Part shown: piece after piece, positions 16,844 through 26,182 of the stretch
Layout of the letters: every line of letters starts with the position of its first letter
How positions within the stretch are numbered: the stretch's first letter is position 1
From: Capsulimonadaceae bacterium
Lineage (GTDB): Bacteria > Armatimonadota > Armatimonadia > Armatimonadales > Capsulimonadaceae
Direction of reading: 5' to 3'
Assembly (NCBI GenBank): GCA_965215505.1
Contig: OZ244065.1
Location: forward strand, 6,080,001-6,144,000
Length of the DNA: 64,000 bases
The notes under the pieces: model-generated
The model's database searches: none
Seen by the model: the letters and a program-made list of their open reading frames with translations, nothing else
What the model was told of the DNA's origin: nothing
Translations under genes and position numbers: made by a program

Positions 16844-18559
16844 GTGAGAACCAGTGACCCTTTCGCGGACGGCATTCAATACCTGCACGAACATGTGATG
16901 GATCTTCGCCGACAGGTGACGGAGGGGCCGACGAGTCGCCAGACACTCCTGGATATCGCCTTCGAAACCATGAACAGCACCATCGAGGAGCTGCGCGTGG
17001 CGGAGGAGGAGATGCGCCAGCAGAACGAGGCGCTGGCCGCCTCGTATGAAGTCGTGGAGACGTGGAGGCACCACTACGAGGACCTGTTCGAGTCGGCCCC
17101 GGACGCCTACCTCGTCACCGACATGGACGGCGTGATCCGGGAGGCCAACCAGGCCCCCGTCAGGCTGCTCGGGCTGTCCAAGCGTTTCCTCAAGGGCAAG
17201 CCCTTCGCCACCTTCGCCGCAGAGGAAGACCGGCAGACGTTCCGGCAGCTCCTGCTGGAAATGGCCCAGGCGTCTGAGACGGTTGAGCGGGAGATGAAGA
17301 TCAGGCCGCGCCGCCGCGAGGTGGTCGAGGTCGCCATCGCCGTCTCCATCGTCCGCGACTCGCATGGCCGTCCGCTCCTGCTGCGCTGGCTGGTGCGTGA
17401 CCTGACGGGCCGCAACCAAGCCGAGGCCGACCGCTACCGGCAGATCGTGGAAGGGGTGGACGACTACGCCATCATCCTGCTGGACGCCGAAGGCCGCGTG
17501 CTGAACTGGAACCTTGGCGCGGAACACATCTTCGGGTACGCCGAGGCGGAGGTGCGTGGGAGAGACTACTCGTTCGTCTTCCTGCCGGAAGACCAGGCGC
17601 TCGGGGTTCCGCAGCAGCGGCTGGAAAAGGCGCGGGCGGAGGGGCATGCCCGGAAGGAAGGCTGGCACCAGCGCAAGGACGGCACCCGGTTCTGGTCCAG
17701 CGGCGTCATCACCGTGCTGCGCGACAAGGCCGGCAGCCCCCGGTGGTACGCCAAAGTGATGCGGGACGAGACCGCGCGCAAGGAGGAAGAAGAGCGGCTG
17801 GCGCAGGCTTACGCCGAGGAGCGCCGGATCGCCGCCGCCTTCCAGCGCGCCCTGCTGCCCGAGATCGCCGAGGACGCCTTCCCCGGCCTGGCCGTCTCGT
17901 CACTGTACGAGGCCGCCTGGACCGAAGCGCAGGTAGGGGGGGACTTCTTCGACGCCTTCGCGCTGGACGGCGGCCTGGTCGCGCTGGTGGTGGGGGACGT
18001 GTCCGGCAAGGGGCTGGCGGCGGCGGCGCACACGGCCGAGGTCAAGTACGCCCTGCGGGCCTACCTCCGCGAGACGCCCGAGCCGGGCCGCGCCCTGTCC
18101 CGCCTGAACGTCTTCGTCCACGACAGCCACCGGCTAGGGGATGCGGCCGACGACACCACGTTCGTGACGCTGGCCGTCGTCGTCATCCAGCCCGCCACCG
18201 GGGAGGCGGCGGCAGCGGCGGCGGGTGCGGAGCCGCCGCTGCTGCTGCGCGCGGGCGGCGCGGCGGAGCCGCTCGCGGTCAGGGGCGGCCTGCTTGGCAT
18301 GACGCGGGAGATGGAGTATGCGGCGGCGGGCTTCACGCTCGCGCCCGGCGACGCCGTCATCCTGGTGACGGACGGCATCACCGAGGCCCGGCGGGGCCGC
18401 GACTTCCTGGACTACGACGGCATGACCCGGCTGGCGCAGAGCGCCTCGGCGGCCTGCCCCGTCCATGAGATCGGCCGCGCCGTCCTGGAGGGTGCCCGCG
18501 CCTTCGCCGGCGGCTCGCTCTCGGATGACGCCTGCCTCCTGCTGGCCCAGCGGGTGTGA
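16844..18559 (+). CDS. PAS-PAS-SpoIIE (PP2C) phosphatase, RsbU/RsbP-like
   Basis: Two PAS domains (YEDLFESAPDAY; DYAIILLD...WNLGAE...RKDG); VGGDFFD, VGDVSGKG, VTDGITEA, DDACLL. Confidence 0.9.
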   Translation: MRTSDPFADGIQYLHEHVMDLRRQVTEGPTSRQTLLDIAFETMNSTIEELRVAEEEMRQQNEALAASYEVVETWRHHYEDLFESAPDAYLVTDMDGVIREANQAPVRLLGLSKRFLKGKPFATFAAEEDRQTFRQLLLEMAQASETVEREMKIRPRRREVVEVAIAVSIVRDSHGRPLLLRWLVRDLTGRNQAEADRYRQIVEGVDDYAIILLDAEGRVLNWNLGAEHIFGYAEAEVRGRDYSFVFLPEDQALGVPQQRLEKARAEGHARKEGWHQRKDGTRFWSSGVITVLRDKAGSPRWYAKVMRDETARKEEEERLAQAYAEERRIAAAFQRALLPEIAEDAFPGLAVSSLYEAAWTEAQVGGDFFDAFALDGGLVALVVGDVSGKGLAAAAHTAEVKYALRAYLRETPEPGRALSRLNVFVHDSHRLGDAADDTTFVTLAVVVIQPATGEAAAAAAGAEPPLLLRAGGAAEPLAVRGGLLGMTREMEYAAAGFTLAPGDAVILVTDGITEARRGRDFLDYDGMTRLAQSASAACPVHEIGRAVLEGARAFAGGSLSDDACLLLAQRV

Positions 18560-18569
18560 GGCCTGACCC

Positions 18570-19817
18570 TCACCCCGCCATCGCCAGCTCTTTGGCGAAC
18601 GGCGACGCCGGGACGGCCAGGCCCTCCGGCGGGTCGGTCCAGCGGCCGTCGGACTTGATCAGGGCGACCAGCTCCGACACCCCCTCCTCCTGGGACACGT
18701 TCTTGACCGGGTTCCGTCCCCGGTAGAGAGTGATGACGCCGCCGCCCTTGCCGACGTAGCCGTAGTCGGCGTCGGCCATCTCCCCCGGCCCGTTCACGAT
18801 GCAGCCCATCACGGCGATGTCCAGGCCCACCAGATGATTCGTCGCCGCCTTCACCCGCCGCAGCACCGAGGTCAGCTCGAACTTGGTCCGGCCGCAGGAG
18901 GGGCAGGCGATGAACTCCACTTTCGTCTTCCGAAGCCCCAACGCCTGCAAGATGTCGTAGCAGGCCGGGATCTCGTTGATCGGGTCCTCGGACAGCGAGA
19001 CGCGGATCGTGTCCCCGATTCCCTCGGCCAGCAATGTCCCGATGCCCGCCGTGCTCTTGATCCGGGCGTACTCGCCGTCGCCCGCCTCGGTGACTCCCAG
19101 ATGCAGCGGGTAGTCCATGCCCAGGGCGGCCATGCGCCGCGCCATCAGCCGGTTGGCCGCCAGCATGACCGGCACGCGCGACGCCTTCAGCGAAATGACG
19201 ATGTTCCGATAGTCGTGCGCCTCGCAGATCTGGATGTACTCTAAGGCGCTCTCCACCATGCCCTCCGGCGTGTCGCCGTGCATGACGGTCAGCCGCTCGG
19301 CCAGGCTGCCGTGGTTGACCCCGATCCGCATGGCGATGTCGCGCTCCTTGCAGACCGCGATGACCGGGCGCAGCGACTCCTCGATGGCCGCGCGCTCCTC
19401 GCGGACCTCGGCATCCGTGTACTCGTCCGCCCGGCCGCGCGGCTTGCGGAAGACGAACAGGCCGGGGTTGATGCGGACCTTGTCCACGAACCGCGCGACG
19501 GCCACGGCGATGTCGCTGCCCTGGTGGTGGACGTCGGCGACGAGTGGGACGTCGTAGCCGCGCCGCCGGACTTCCGCCTGGATCTCGCCCAGGCAGTGTG
19601 CTTCGGCCAGGGTGGGGGTGGTGACGCGGACGATCTCACACCCCGCCTGATGCATGGCAATGATCTGCTCGACGCAGCCGGCGACGTTGCGGGTCTCCTC
19701 GGTGATCATGCTCTGCACGACGATGGGGTGTCCGCCGCCGATGACGACCGGGCCGACGCGAACCGCACGGGTGGACCGGCGGGGATAGCTGAGTTCGGGA
19801 AGGGGTGATACCGACAT
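18570..19817 (-). CDS. ispG: 4-hydroxy-3-methylbut-2-en-1-yl diphosphate synthase
   Basis: [57 protein letters not shown]. Confidence 0.97.
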   Translation of the reverse strand: MSVSPLPELSYPRRSTRAVRVGPVVIGGGHPIVVQSMITEETRNVAGCVEQIIAMHQAGCEIVRVTTPTLAEAHCLGEIQAEVRRRGYDVPLVADVHHQGSDIAVAVARFVDKVRINPGLFVFRKPRGRADEYTDAEVREERAAIEESLRPVIAVCKERDIAMRIGVNHGSLAERLTVMHGDTPEGMVESALEYIQICEAHDYRNIVISLKASRVPVMLAANRLMARRMAALGMDYPLHLGVTEAGDGEYARIKSTAGIGTLLAEGIGDTIRVSLSEDPINEIPACYDILQALGLRKTKVEFIACPSCGRTKFELTSVLRRVKAATNHLVGLDIAVMGCIVNGPGEMADADYGYVGKGGGVITLYRGRNPVKNVSQEEGVSELVALIKSDGRWTDPPEGLAVPASPFAKELAMAG

Positions 19818-19947
19818 GACGTTCCTCCGATGCCTCTATTATACCCCCGACACGCGGCACTCCCCGCCCGCAAGATATTTGTGGTTGTAAGATGTCGGGC
19901 CGTGGTAGAATCGTGGTGTAAATCGTGTTATAATAGAGACAATCCCC

Positions 19948-21288
19948 ATGGCGAGTGAAAACGAGGTAGTCAAAGAGCCTTCGCGCCTGCTGCTGTTCCG
20001 AGACCGGAACTTCCTCTGGCTCTGGCTTGCCTACGTCATCTCCAACCTCGGCGACACCGCCCTGGCCGTCGCCCTTTCGATCACGGTCTACAACGGCACC
20101 AACGACAAGGCGGTGTCCGGCCTTACGGTAGTCTTCGGCGCACTGCCCGTCCTGCTGTTCGGCTTGGTGGGCGGCGTTTTCGCCGACCGATGGAACCGGC
20201 GGCGCACCATGATCGCCGCCGACCTCGGCCGTGCTGTCACCGTTCTGCTCCTGCTCTCGATTCCGAACGCACACTTTCACGGCCACTTCAGCGCTCATGA
20301 TCGGGGCCTGGTCTACGCAGTGTCATTCCTCGTGGTCTCGTTCTCCTGCTTCTTTTCCCCATCGCGGCAGGGGCTGCTGCCCGCCCTGGTGCCACGCGAG
20401 AAACTGCTCCAGGCCAACAGTCTGATGCTGACCGCCAATCAGGCGACCCTCTGCCTTGGCCCCGCGCTGGGCGGCCTCCTAGTTACCCAACTACACCCCG
20501 GCGGCGTCTTCATCTTTGACTCCGCGACGTTCGTCGCCTCGGCCCTGCTCGTCCGCCTGATCGCGAACATCGCGACGCCGCCGGGGCCTAAAGCGGCGCG
20601 TGGAGTGTCCGGCTTGTGGCGTGAGGCCCGAGAAGGGCTGCACTACGTCTGGACCAGCCGTATTCTGCGGCCCTCTTTGGTCTTGCTGTCGCTCGTCGTC
20701 GTCGGGGGTGCCGTCTACAACGCGCTGGAGTACCCATTCGTCCGGGACCTCTGGCACGGCGACGGAAAACAATTCGCCCTGCTCGGCACCCTGAGCGGTC
20801 TGGCCGCCGTCCTCACCGGCCTCGCGACAATGGGGCCGATCCGTTCCACCCCCCCGGTCCGCCTGGTCGCGCCCGGCTTTGCCATGATGGGGATCACCGG
20901 GCTGGTGTTCGCTGCCTCCGCGAACATCTATCTCGGGGGCGCGATGGTATTCCTGATGGCGGTGGCCAACACCTTCTCCAATCTGGGGCAGATGACCCTG
21001 TTCCTGGCGACCGCCCCGAACCATCTCCAGGGGCGCGTCAGCGCCACCGTCGGCCTAGTCAATAAGCTCTCCCTGCTGGTCGGCGGCGCGCTCGCCACCT
21101 CGCTGGTCGTCTTCTTCCCCGCGAGTACGGCCCTGCGCCCGATCTTCGGCGGTTTCGGCGTGACTTACATCCTGTGCGGGCTGCTGGCGTGGTTCCTGTT
21201 GGGCGGCCTGGGCCGCTCCGCGTTCGCGCCGCCCGCCCCGCCGCCCGACCCGCCCCGGACCAAGTCATTGGCGCGAGCGGAGCCATGA
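19948..21288 (+). CDS. MFS transporter (MFS_3/DHA3-like)
   Basis: About 12 TM segments; GVFADRWNRRRTMIAADL motif A; APNHLQGRV. Confidence 0.9.
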   Translation: MASENEVVKEPSRLLLFRDRNFLWLWLAYVISNLGDTALAVALSITVYNGTNDKAVSGLTVVFGALPVLLFGLVGGVFADRWNRRRTMIAADLGRAVTVLLLLSIPNAHFHGHFSAHDRGLVYAVSFLVVSFSCFFSPSRQGLLPALVPREKLLQANSLMLTANQATLCLGPALGGLLVTQLHPGGVFIFDSATFVASALLVRLIANIATPPGPKAARGVSGLWREAREGLHYVWTSRILRPSLVLLSLVVVGGAVYNALEYPFVRDLWHGDGKQFALLGTLSGLAAVLTGLATMGPIRSTPPVRLVAPGFAMMGITGLVFAASANIYLGGAMVFLMAVANTFSNLGQMTLFLATAPNHLQGRVSATVGLVNKLSLLVGGALATSLVVFFPASTALRPIFGGFGVTYILCGLLAWFLLGGLGRSAFAPPAPPPDPPRTKSLARAEP

Positions 21289-22085
21289 CCACGCCTCCTT
21301 CCCCGCCTGACGGTCCTTCCATCGAGAACGCGGCGTTCGGCCCGGTGGCCCCGTACTATGACGCCCTCATGGCGGGCGTCCCGTACCGTTTCTGGGTGGA
21401 ATATTTGGAGCGGCTGTGGGCGCTCCACGGCAAAGCGCCCCACGCCGTCCTGGACCTCGCCTGCGGGACGGGGACCGTGTCACGTCTGCTGGCGGCGCGC
21501 GGCTATGAACTCGCGGGGGTTGATCTGTCCGGCGGGATGCTGGATGTCGCCCGCCTCCGGGCGGCGGAGGCGGGCCTGCCGATTCCCTTCCATCGGCAGG
21601 ACGCCGCCGAACTTGACCTTGGCGAATCCCGTTTCGATGCCGTCGTCTGCCTCTTCGACAGCCTGAACTACATTCTGGAGCCGGAACGCCTGCGGGCCGC
21701 CTTCGCCCGCGTCTGCACCCACCTTGTCCCCGGCGGCGCGTTCATCTTTGACGTCAACACCGAATACGCGCTCGCCGAGGGCATGTTCAACCAGAGCTGC
21801 ATGCGCCTCAGTGAGCCTCTCCGCTACCGCTGGCGGTCGCGCTACAATGCCGAGACGCGCCTGTGTACCGTCCGCATGGACTTTTCCTACGACCCCGGTA
21901 CGGGCCAGCGCGAGAGCTTCCTGGAGGTCCACCGGCAGCGCGCCTACGGCAAGGACGAACTGACCGACTGGCTCCGGGCGGCCGGGTTTGCCGAGGTGAC
22001 GGTCTACGACGGCTACACCACCGACCCGCCCAAGAAACGCTCCGACCGCCTGTTCTATTTCGCCGTCAAGCCCGACGCGGGCTGA
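21285..22085 (+). CDS. Class I SAM-dependent methyltransferase
   Basis: VLDLACGTG, GVDLS, FDSLNY, GGAFIFDVN; ATGA overlap with the MFS gene. Confidence 0.9.
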   Translation: MTTPPSPPDGPSIENAAFGPVAPYYDALMAGVPYRFWVEYLERLWALHGKAPHAVLDLACGTGTVSRLLAARGYELAGVDLSGGMLDVARLRAAEAGLPIPFHRQDAAELDLGESRFDAVVCLFDSLNYILEPERLRAAFARVCTHLVPGGAFIFDVNTEYALAEGMFNQSCMRLSEPLRYRWRSRYNAETRLCTVRMDFSYDPGTGQRESFLEVHRQRAYGKDELTDWLRAAGFAEVTVYDGYTTDPPKKRSDRLFYFAVKPDAG

Positions 22086-22097
22086 AACACTCCGTCC

Positions 22098-22994
22098 CTA
22101 TTCCCCGTTCTTCAGCCCCGCGCTTTCGGACACCTCCTGGGCGAAGCCGGCCCAGTCGCGGTCCTCGCGGCCTTTGGCGACCATCGCCGTCAGCCGGTCA
22201 TGGACCAGGCTCGCGAGCGGCATGGGGACGTGGCTGTTCTTGGCCTCCTGAAGTACCAGGCCGAAGTCCTTGCGAATCAGCGACGGGACCGCCCCGATCG
22301 GCTGGTAGTGTTCGGCGGCGATCAGCTTCCCGTAGTTCTGGTAGACCGGGCAGGCGAACAGCGTACTCGTGAACAGCTCGTAGACGGCCTGGCGCGGGAT
22401 GCCGTTCTTCTGGGCCAGCGTGAACGCCTCGGCCATCGCTTCTATGGCCGAGCCGAGCAGGAAGTTGCCGCACAGCTTGACGATGTTGGCCGCGCCCGCG
22501 TCCTCGCCGAAGTCGTGGACGCCCTGGCCCATCGCGTCCAGCAGGGGCCGGATGCGCGTCTTCGCGTCTTCCGGCCCCGAAGTCGCGATCCACAGCTTCT
22601 GCATCGCCGCCGCGTCCGGCTTGCCGAAGACCGGCGCGGCGACGTACCGCGTCCCCAGGGCGGCATGACGCTCGGCCAGATGCCGGGACATCTCGGGCGA
22701 GATCGTACTCATCGAGACGTGGACGCCGCCCTCGCCCAGCACCTCCCCGAACCCGTCCGCCCCGAAGGCCACCGCCTCCACCGCCTGGTCGTTTGTCAGC
22801 ATCGTGACCACGATGCCGCCCGTCTGGGCCGCCCCCGCCGGTGTGTCCGCCTGCGCCGCGCCCCGCTCCACCAGCGGCTTCGCCCGCGCGGGCGTGCGGT
22901 TATAGGCGCGCATCCCGAAGCCCGCCTTTAAAACATTCCCGGCCATCGCCGACCCCATGCCGCCCAGCCCGATAAATCCGATCGTCTCGTTCAT
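22098..22994 (-). CDS. NAD(P)-dependent oxidoreductase, 3-hydroxyisobutyrate/6-phosphogluconate dehydrogenase family
   Basis: IGFIGLGGMG, YNRT, STISP, APVFG, KLCGN, KDFGL. Confidence 0.9.
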   Translation of the reverse strand: MNETIGFIGLGGMGSAMAGNVLKAGFGMRAYNRTPARAKPLVERGAAQADTPAGAAQTGGIVVTMLTNDQAVEAVAFGADGFGEVLGEGGVHVSMSTISPEMSRHLAERHAALGTRYVAAPVFGKPDAAAMQKLWIATSGPEDAKTRIRPLLDAMGQGVHDFGEDAGAANIVKLCGNFLLGSAIEAMAEAFTLAQKNGIPRQAVYELFTSTLFACPVYQNYGKLIAAEHYQPIGAVPSLIRKDFGLVLQEAKNSHVPMPLASLVHDRLTAMVAKGREDRDWAGFAQEVSESAGLKNGE

Positions 22995-23109
22995 TGCTAA
23001 AGTCTCCTTGCCGTCGAGAAAGGTATACCCACGAACGGCCTGGTTTGGCGGGCCGGCCCGTGGGTAAAGTGGTGACACCACTCTCTAGACAGAAAGCAAG
23101 AACACTCAG

Positions 23110-23337
23110 ATGAACCCCTCAGACATCAAAGAGCATATGGAAGTCGTCGGCACCGACGGCAAGCACGTCGGCATCGTGGACCACCTGGACGGCGACCGGC
23201 TGAAGCTGACACACCACGACTCGCAGGCGGGTGGCAAGCACCACTTCCTGCCGCTCACCGCCGTCATGTCCGTCGGCGAGTTCGTGACGCTCTCCCTGAC
23301 CGCCGAAGAGGCCGAGGCGCAGTGGGCGGAAGAGTAG
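23110..23337 (+). CDS. DUF2171 family protein
   Basis: IKEHMEVVGTDGKHVGIVDHLDGDRLKLT...HHFLPL. Confidence 0.85.
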   Translation: MNPSDIKEHMEVVGTDGKHVGIVDHLDGDRLKLTHHDSQAGGKHHFLPLTAVMSVGEFVTLSLTAEEAEAQWAEE

Positions 23338-23435
23338 CCATCGGCTGATGCCGCCGTCGGCCCGAACAACGGAAGCCGTGCCGCGTCTCCCGGAGACGCT
23401 GCACGGCTTTTTCTGCCACGCCGCCATTCCGCCCT

Positions 23436-24236
23436 CTACGCCGGGGCATCGGGCCGCAGGCCCAGGGCGAGCTGGCGGTAGTGTTCGTCGGGCCGAGTCT
23501 GGATGCGCGTCACGTTGTCGGGCGTCAGGTAGGCCGCCGTGCCGCAGGCCAGCGCGCCCAAGAGGATGCGGGCGGCCTTGTCGCCCATCAGGTGGATGTT
23601 GCGGACCTCCTGGGCGGACTTGCCGACGGCGATGAACCCGTGGTTTTGCAGGTAGATGGTCTTCGGCGCGGCGCTATGCGTCTGGATATACCCCATCACC
23701 TGGTCCCGCAGGGCGCGGGCCAGCGGGATGCCGGGGTCGGTGTAGGGGACGCAGCACGGCGCGACGCCGCAGACGACGATCTCGTCCGGGAACATCCGCC
23801 CCCCGCCCTGCATGGCCGCCCATCCCTCGCGCGAGCAGAGCAGGCCGTTAATGGAGACGACGTGCGTGTGCCCGATGAAGTCAATGCCGGGTAGGGACAG
23901 CAGGAAGCCGTGGAAGAGGGTTTCCACCGAGGGCATCCGCCCGCTGCCGTCCGTGCAGGAATTCAGGAGCAGGTCTTTGACCTCGGCATCGGAGTAGTCG
24001 CACCCGTTGTTTAGGGCGTCCAGCACGGGCGCGAAGCGAACCCGGCTCACCTGCTCCGGCTGAAGCGTCCGGAGTTCGGAGCCGCTGGCCTTGACCAGAA
24101 ACGTCTCGTCGTCTATGCGGGTGGACGTATTGCCTTCGCCCAGAATGGCCCACTCGTGGGCGGGGTCACCGAGATCATGGGAGAGGGCGAGCAGTTCTTG
24201 CAGCTTGGCGTCGTGCGCGGCGTCGTGGTCGGGCAT
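23436..24236 (-). CDS. Class II aldolase/adducin family protein (rhamnulose/fuculose phosphate aldolase-like)
   Basis: EGNTS, VKASG, PSVETLFH, HTH, LQNHG; downstream of the sugar kinase. Confidence 0.85.
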   Translation of the reverse strand: MPDHDAAHDAKLQELLALSHDLGDPAHEWAILGEGNTSTRIDDETFLVKASGSELRTLQPEQVSRVRFAPVLDALNNGCDYSDAEVKDLLLNSCTDGSGRMPSVETLFHGFLLSLPGIDFIGHTHVVSINGLLCSREGWAAMQGGGRMFPDEIVVCGVAPCCVPYTDPGIPLARALRDQVMGYIQTHSAAPKTIYLQNHGFIAVGKSAQEVRNIHLMGDKAARILLGALACGTAAYLTPDNVTRIQTRPDEHYRQLALGLRPDAPA

Positions 24237-24245
24237 GGTGTCTCC

Positions 24246-25661
24246 TTAACTTGGCGTAAACGTCTCCGTCGGCAACGAAAGCCGGGCGAGGGCGCGCGCC
24301 TGCTCCCAGTCCGTGACCGCGCCGGACGCGACGAGCTGGGCGAGGACGTTCCCGATGGCCGTCGCCTCGGACGGCCCGGCGATGACCGGGATGCCGCAGG
24401 CGTCCGCCGTGAGCCGGTTGAGCAGGCGGTTCTGCGACCCCCCGCCGACGATGTGCAGTGAGTCGAACTTCAGGCCGAGCAGGCGTTCCAGGCCGCCCAG
24501 CGCCTCCCGGTAGGCGTCGGCGAGGCTGTCCAGGCAGCACCGGATGAGCGCGCCGACGCCCTGGGGCGCGGCCTGACCCGACTCGGCGCACGCATCTCGT
24601 ATCTCCCCTGCCATGTCTGGCGGGGCCAGGAAGCGGTGGGCGGTGGCGTCTATGAGCGGCCCGCCGGGCGGGGCGGCCTCGGCCAGCGCGGTCAGCTCGG
24701 CATACGAGTAGTCGCGGCCCTCGGTGGCCTCGAGTGACCGGCGGCACTCCTGCACCAGCCATAGGCCCATGATGTTTTTCAGCAGCCGGACCGTTTCGCC
24801 CACCCCGAACTCGTTGCTGAACCCGAGCTGGAGCGCCTCCGCCGTCAGGTTCGGGCTGGGCAGTTCGACGCCCAGCAGGGACCACGTCCCGGACGAAAGG
24901 AACGCCCAGCGCGAACCCGGCGCGGCGGGCGTGGCGGCGACGGCGGAGGCCGTGTCGTGCGAGCCGGGGGCGTAGACGGGCACCCCGCCGACGGTCTCGC
25001 CGACGCGAGTCCCCGCCGGGACTATCTCGCCCAGGAAGTGCGACGGCAGGCCCAGCCGCGTCAGCAGCGACGGCTCCCAGCCCCGCGTGGCCGGGTTGAA
25101 AATCTGCGTCGTGCTGGCGTTCGTGCGCTCATCGACAAGGCTCCGGCCCTGAGTCAACTGGTGGTGGAACAGGTCCGGCATCAGCAGCAAATGCGCCGCC
25201 TTGTCGAGCAGGCCGGGGGAGCGCGCTTGCAGTGCGTAAAGCTGGTACAGTGTGTTGAGGGGCAGGAACTGGACGCCGGTCTTGGCCCAGATCTCCTCCA
25301 CCGGGATGAGCGAATGGACCTCGGCCATGGCAGGCGGGTGGCGCTCATCGCGGTAGTGGGTGGGCGCTTCCAGCAGCCTGCCCTGCGCGTCCAGCAGCCC
25401 GAAGTCCACCCCCCAGGTGTCCACGCCGACCCCGTGCAGAGTCCCCGCCGCCTGCGCGCGGGCCAGCAGGCTCTCGATCTCGCCGCCGATGCGCCCGATG
25501 TCCCATCGCCGGACGCCGTCCGGGCCGGTGTCGTCCTGCCCCCGCCCCGTCGCGAACCGCCCGACCTCTTCCAGAGTCAGACGTTCCCCATCGAACGCCC
25601 CCAGGATGCCGCGCCCGCTCTCCGCGCCTAGGTCGAAGGCCAGAAAATGTTGTGCTGCCAT
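24246..25661 (-). CDS. rhaB: Rhamnulokinase family FGGY kinase
   Basis: AFDLGAESGR, DTWGVDFGLLD, HYRDER, HDTASAV, SSGTWSLLG, KNIMGLWL. Confidence 0.88.
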   Translation of the reverse strand: MAAQHFLAFDLGAESGRGILGAFDGERLTLEEVGRFATGRGQDDTGPDGVRRWDIGRIGGEIESLLARAQAAGTLHGVGVDTWGVDFGLLDAQGRLLEAPTHYRDERHPPAMAEVHSLIPVEEIWAKTGVQFLPLNTLYQLYALQARSPGLLDKAAHLLLMPDLFHHQLTQGRSLVDERTNASTTQIFNPATRGWEPSLLTRLGLPSHFLGEIVPAGTRVGETVGGVPVYAPGSHDTASAVAATPAAPGSRWAFLSSGTWSLLGVELPSPNLTAEALQLGFSNEFGVGETVRLLKNIMGLWLVQECRRSLEATEGRDYSYAELTALAEAAPPGGPLIDATAHRFLAPPDMAGEIRDACAESGQAAPQGVGALIRCCLDSLADAYREALGGLERLLGLKFDSLHIVGGGSQNRLLNRLTADACGIPVIAGPSEATAIGNVLAQLVASGAVTDWEQARALARLSLPTETFTPS

Positions 25662-25772
25662 AGAGCCTCCGTATCCAATTATAGCGTTTCCCCGGCATTA
25701 CAGCAAGCCTGAACCGCAAGAGAAGTTCCCCATCGTGTCTGCTATAATGAATCGAGCGATAGGAGGCCGGTC

Positions 25773-26087
25773 ATGCACATGACATCTGTTCTAGAACCCG
25801 AAACCGAGGTGCGGCCTTTTGAGACGTGTTCGTTCCTCTGGGGCAGCCACAACTACCTACTGGGGCACCCTGTTCAAACCCTTTCGGCACGCCAAAACGG
25901 GCTTTGGGTCTTCGAGTGTCCTGCCTATGGCCTGTCCGCCTTCTCCGCCAGCCGCGAAGAGGCTTTGAGCCAGCTTCAGGAAGAATTCGCCTTCCTCTAC
26001 GACGGCCTGACCGGGGAGCCTGACGAAGCCCTGACGCCGGATGCCGTCGCCCTGCGGGACCGTCTGCGAGCGGATGTCAAACAATAG
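25773..26087 (+). CDS. HicB-like (partial RNase H fold) protein with no adjacent toxin
   Basis: WVFECPAYGLSAFSASREEALSQLQEE resembles the HicB N-terminal domain. TATAAT and AGGAGG lie upstream. Confidence 0.55.
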   Translation: MHMTSVLEPETEVRPFETCSFLWGSHNYLLGHPVQTLSARQNGLWVFECPAYGLSAFSASREEALSQLQEEFAFLYDGLTGEPDEALTPDAVALRDRLRADVKQ

Positions 26088-26139
26088 GCATCTCAGGCCG
26101 CGAGTGATTGAAATCACTCGGCCCAGTCCGCCTCCCGAA

Positions 26140-26175
26140 AGAAGACCGGGAGGCGGTCACGCCTCCCGGTCTTCT
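26140..26175. terminator. Bidirectional terminator hairpin
   Basis: AGAAGACCGGGAGGCG-GTCA-CGCCTCCCGGTCTTCT between convergent genes. Confidence 0.8.
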
Positions 26176-26182
26176 CTTTGCC

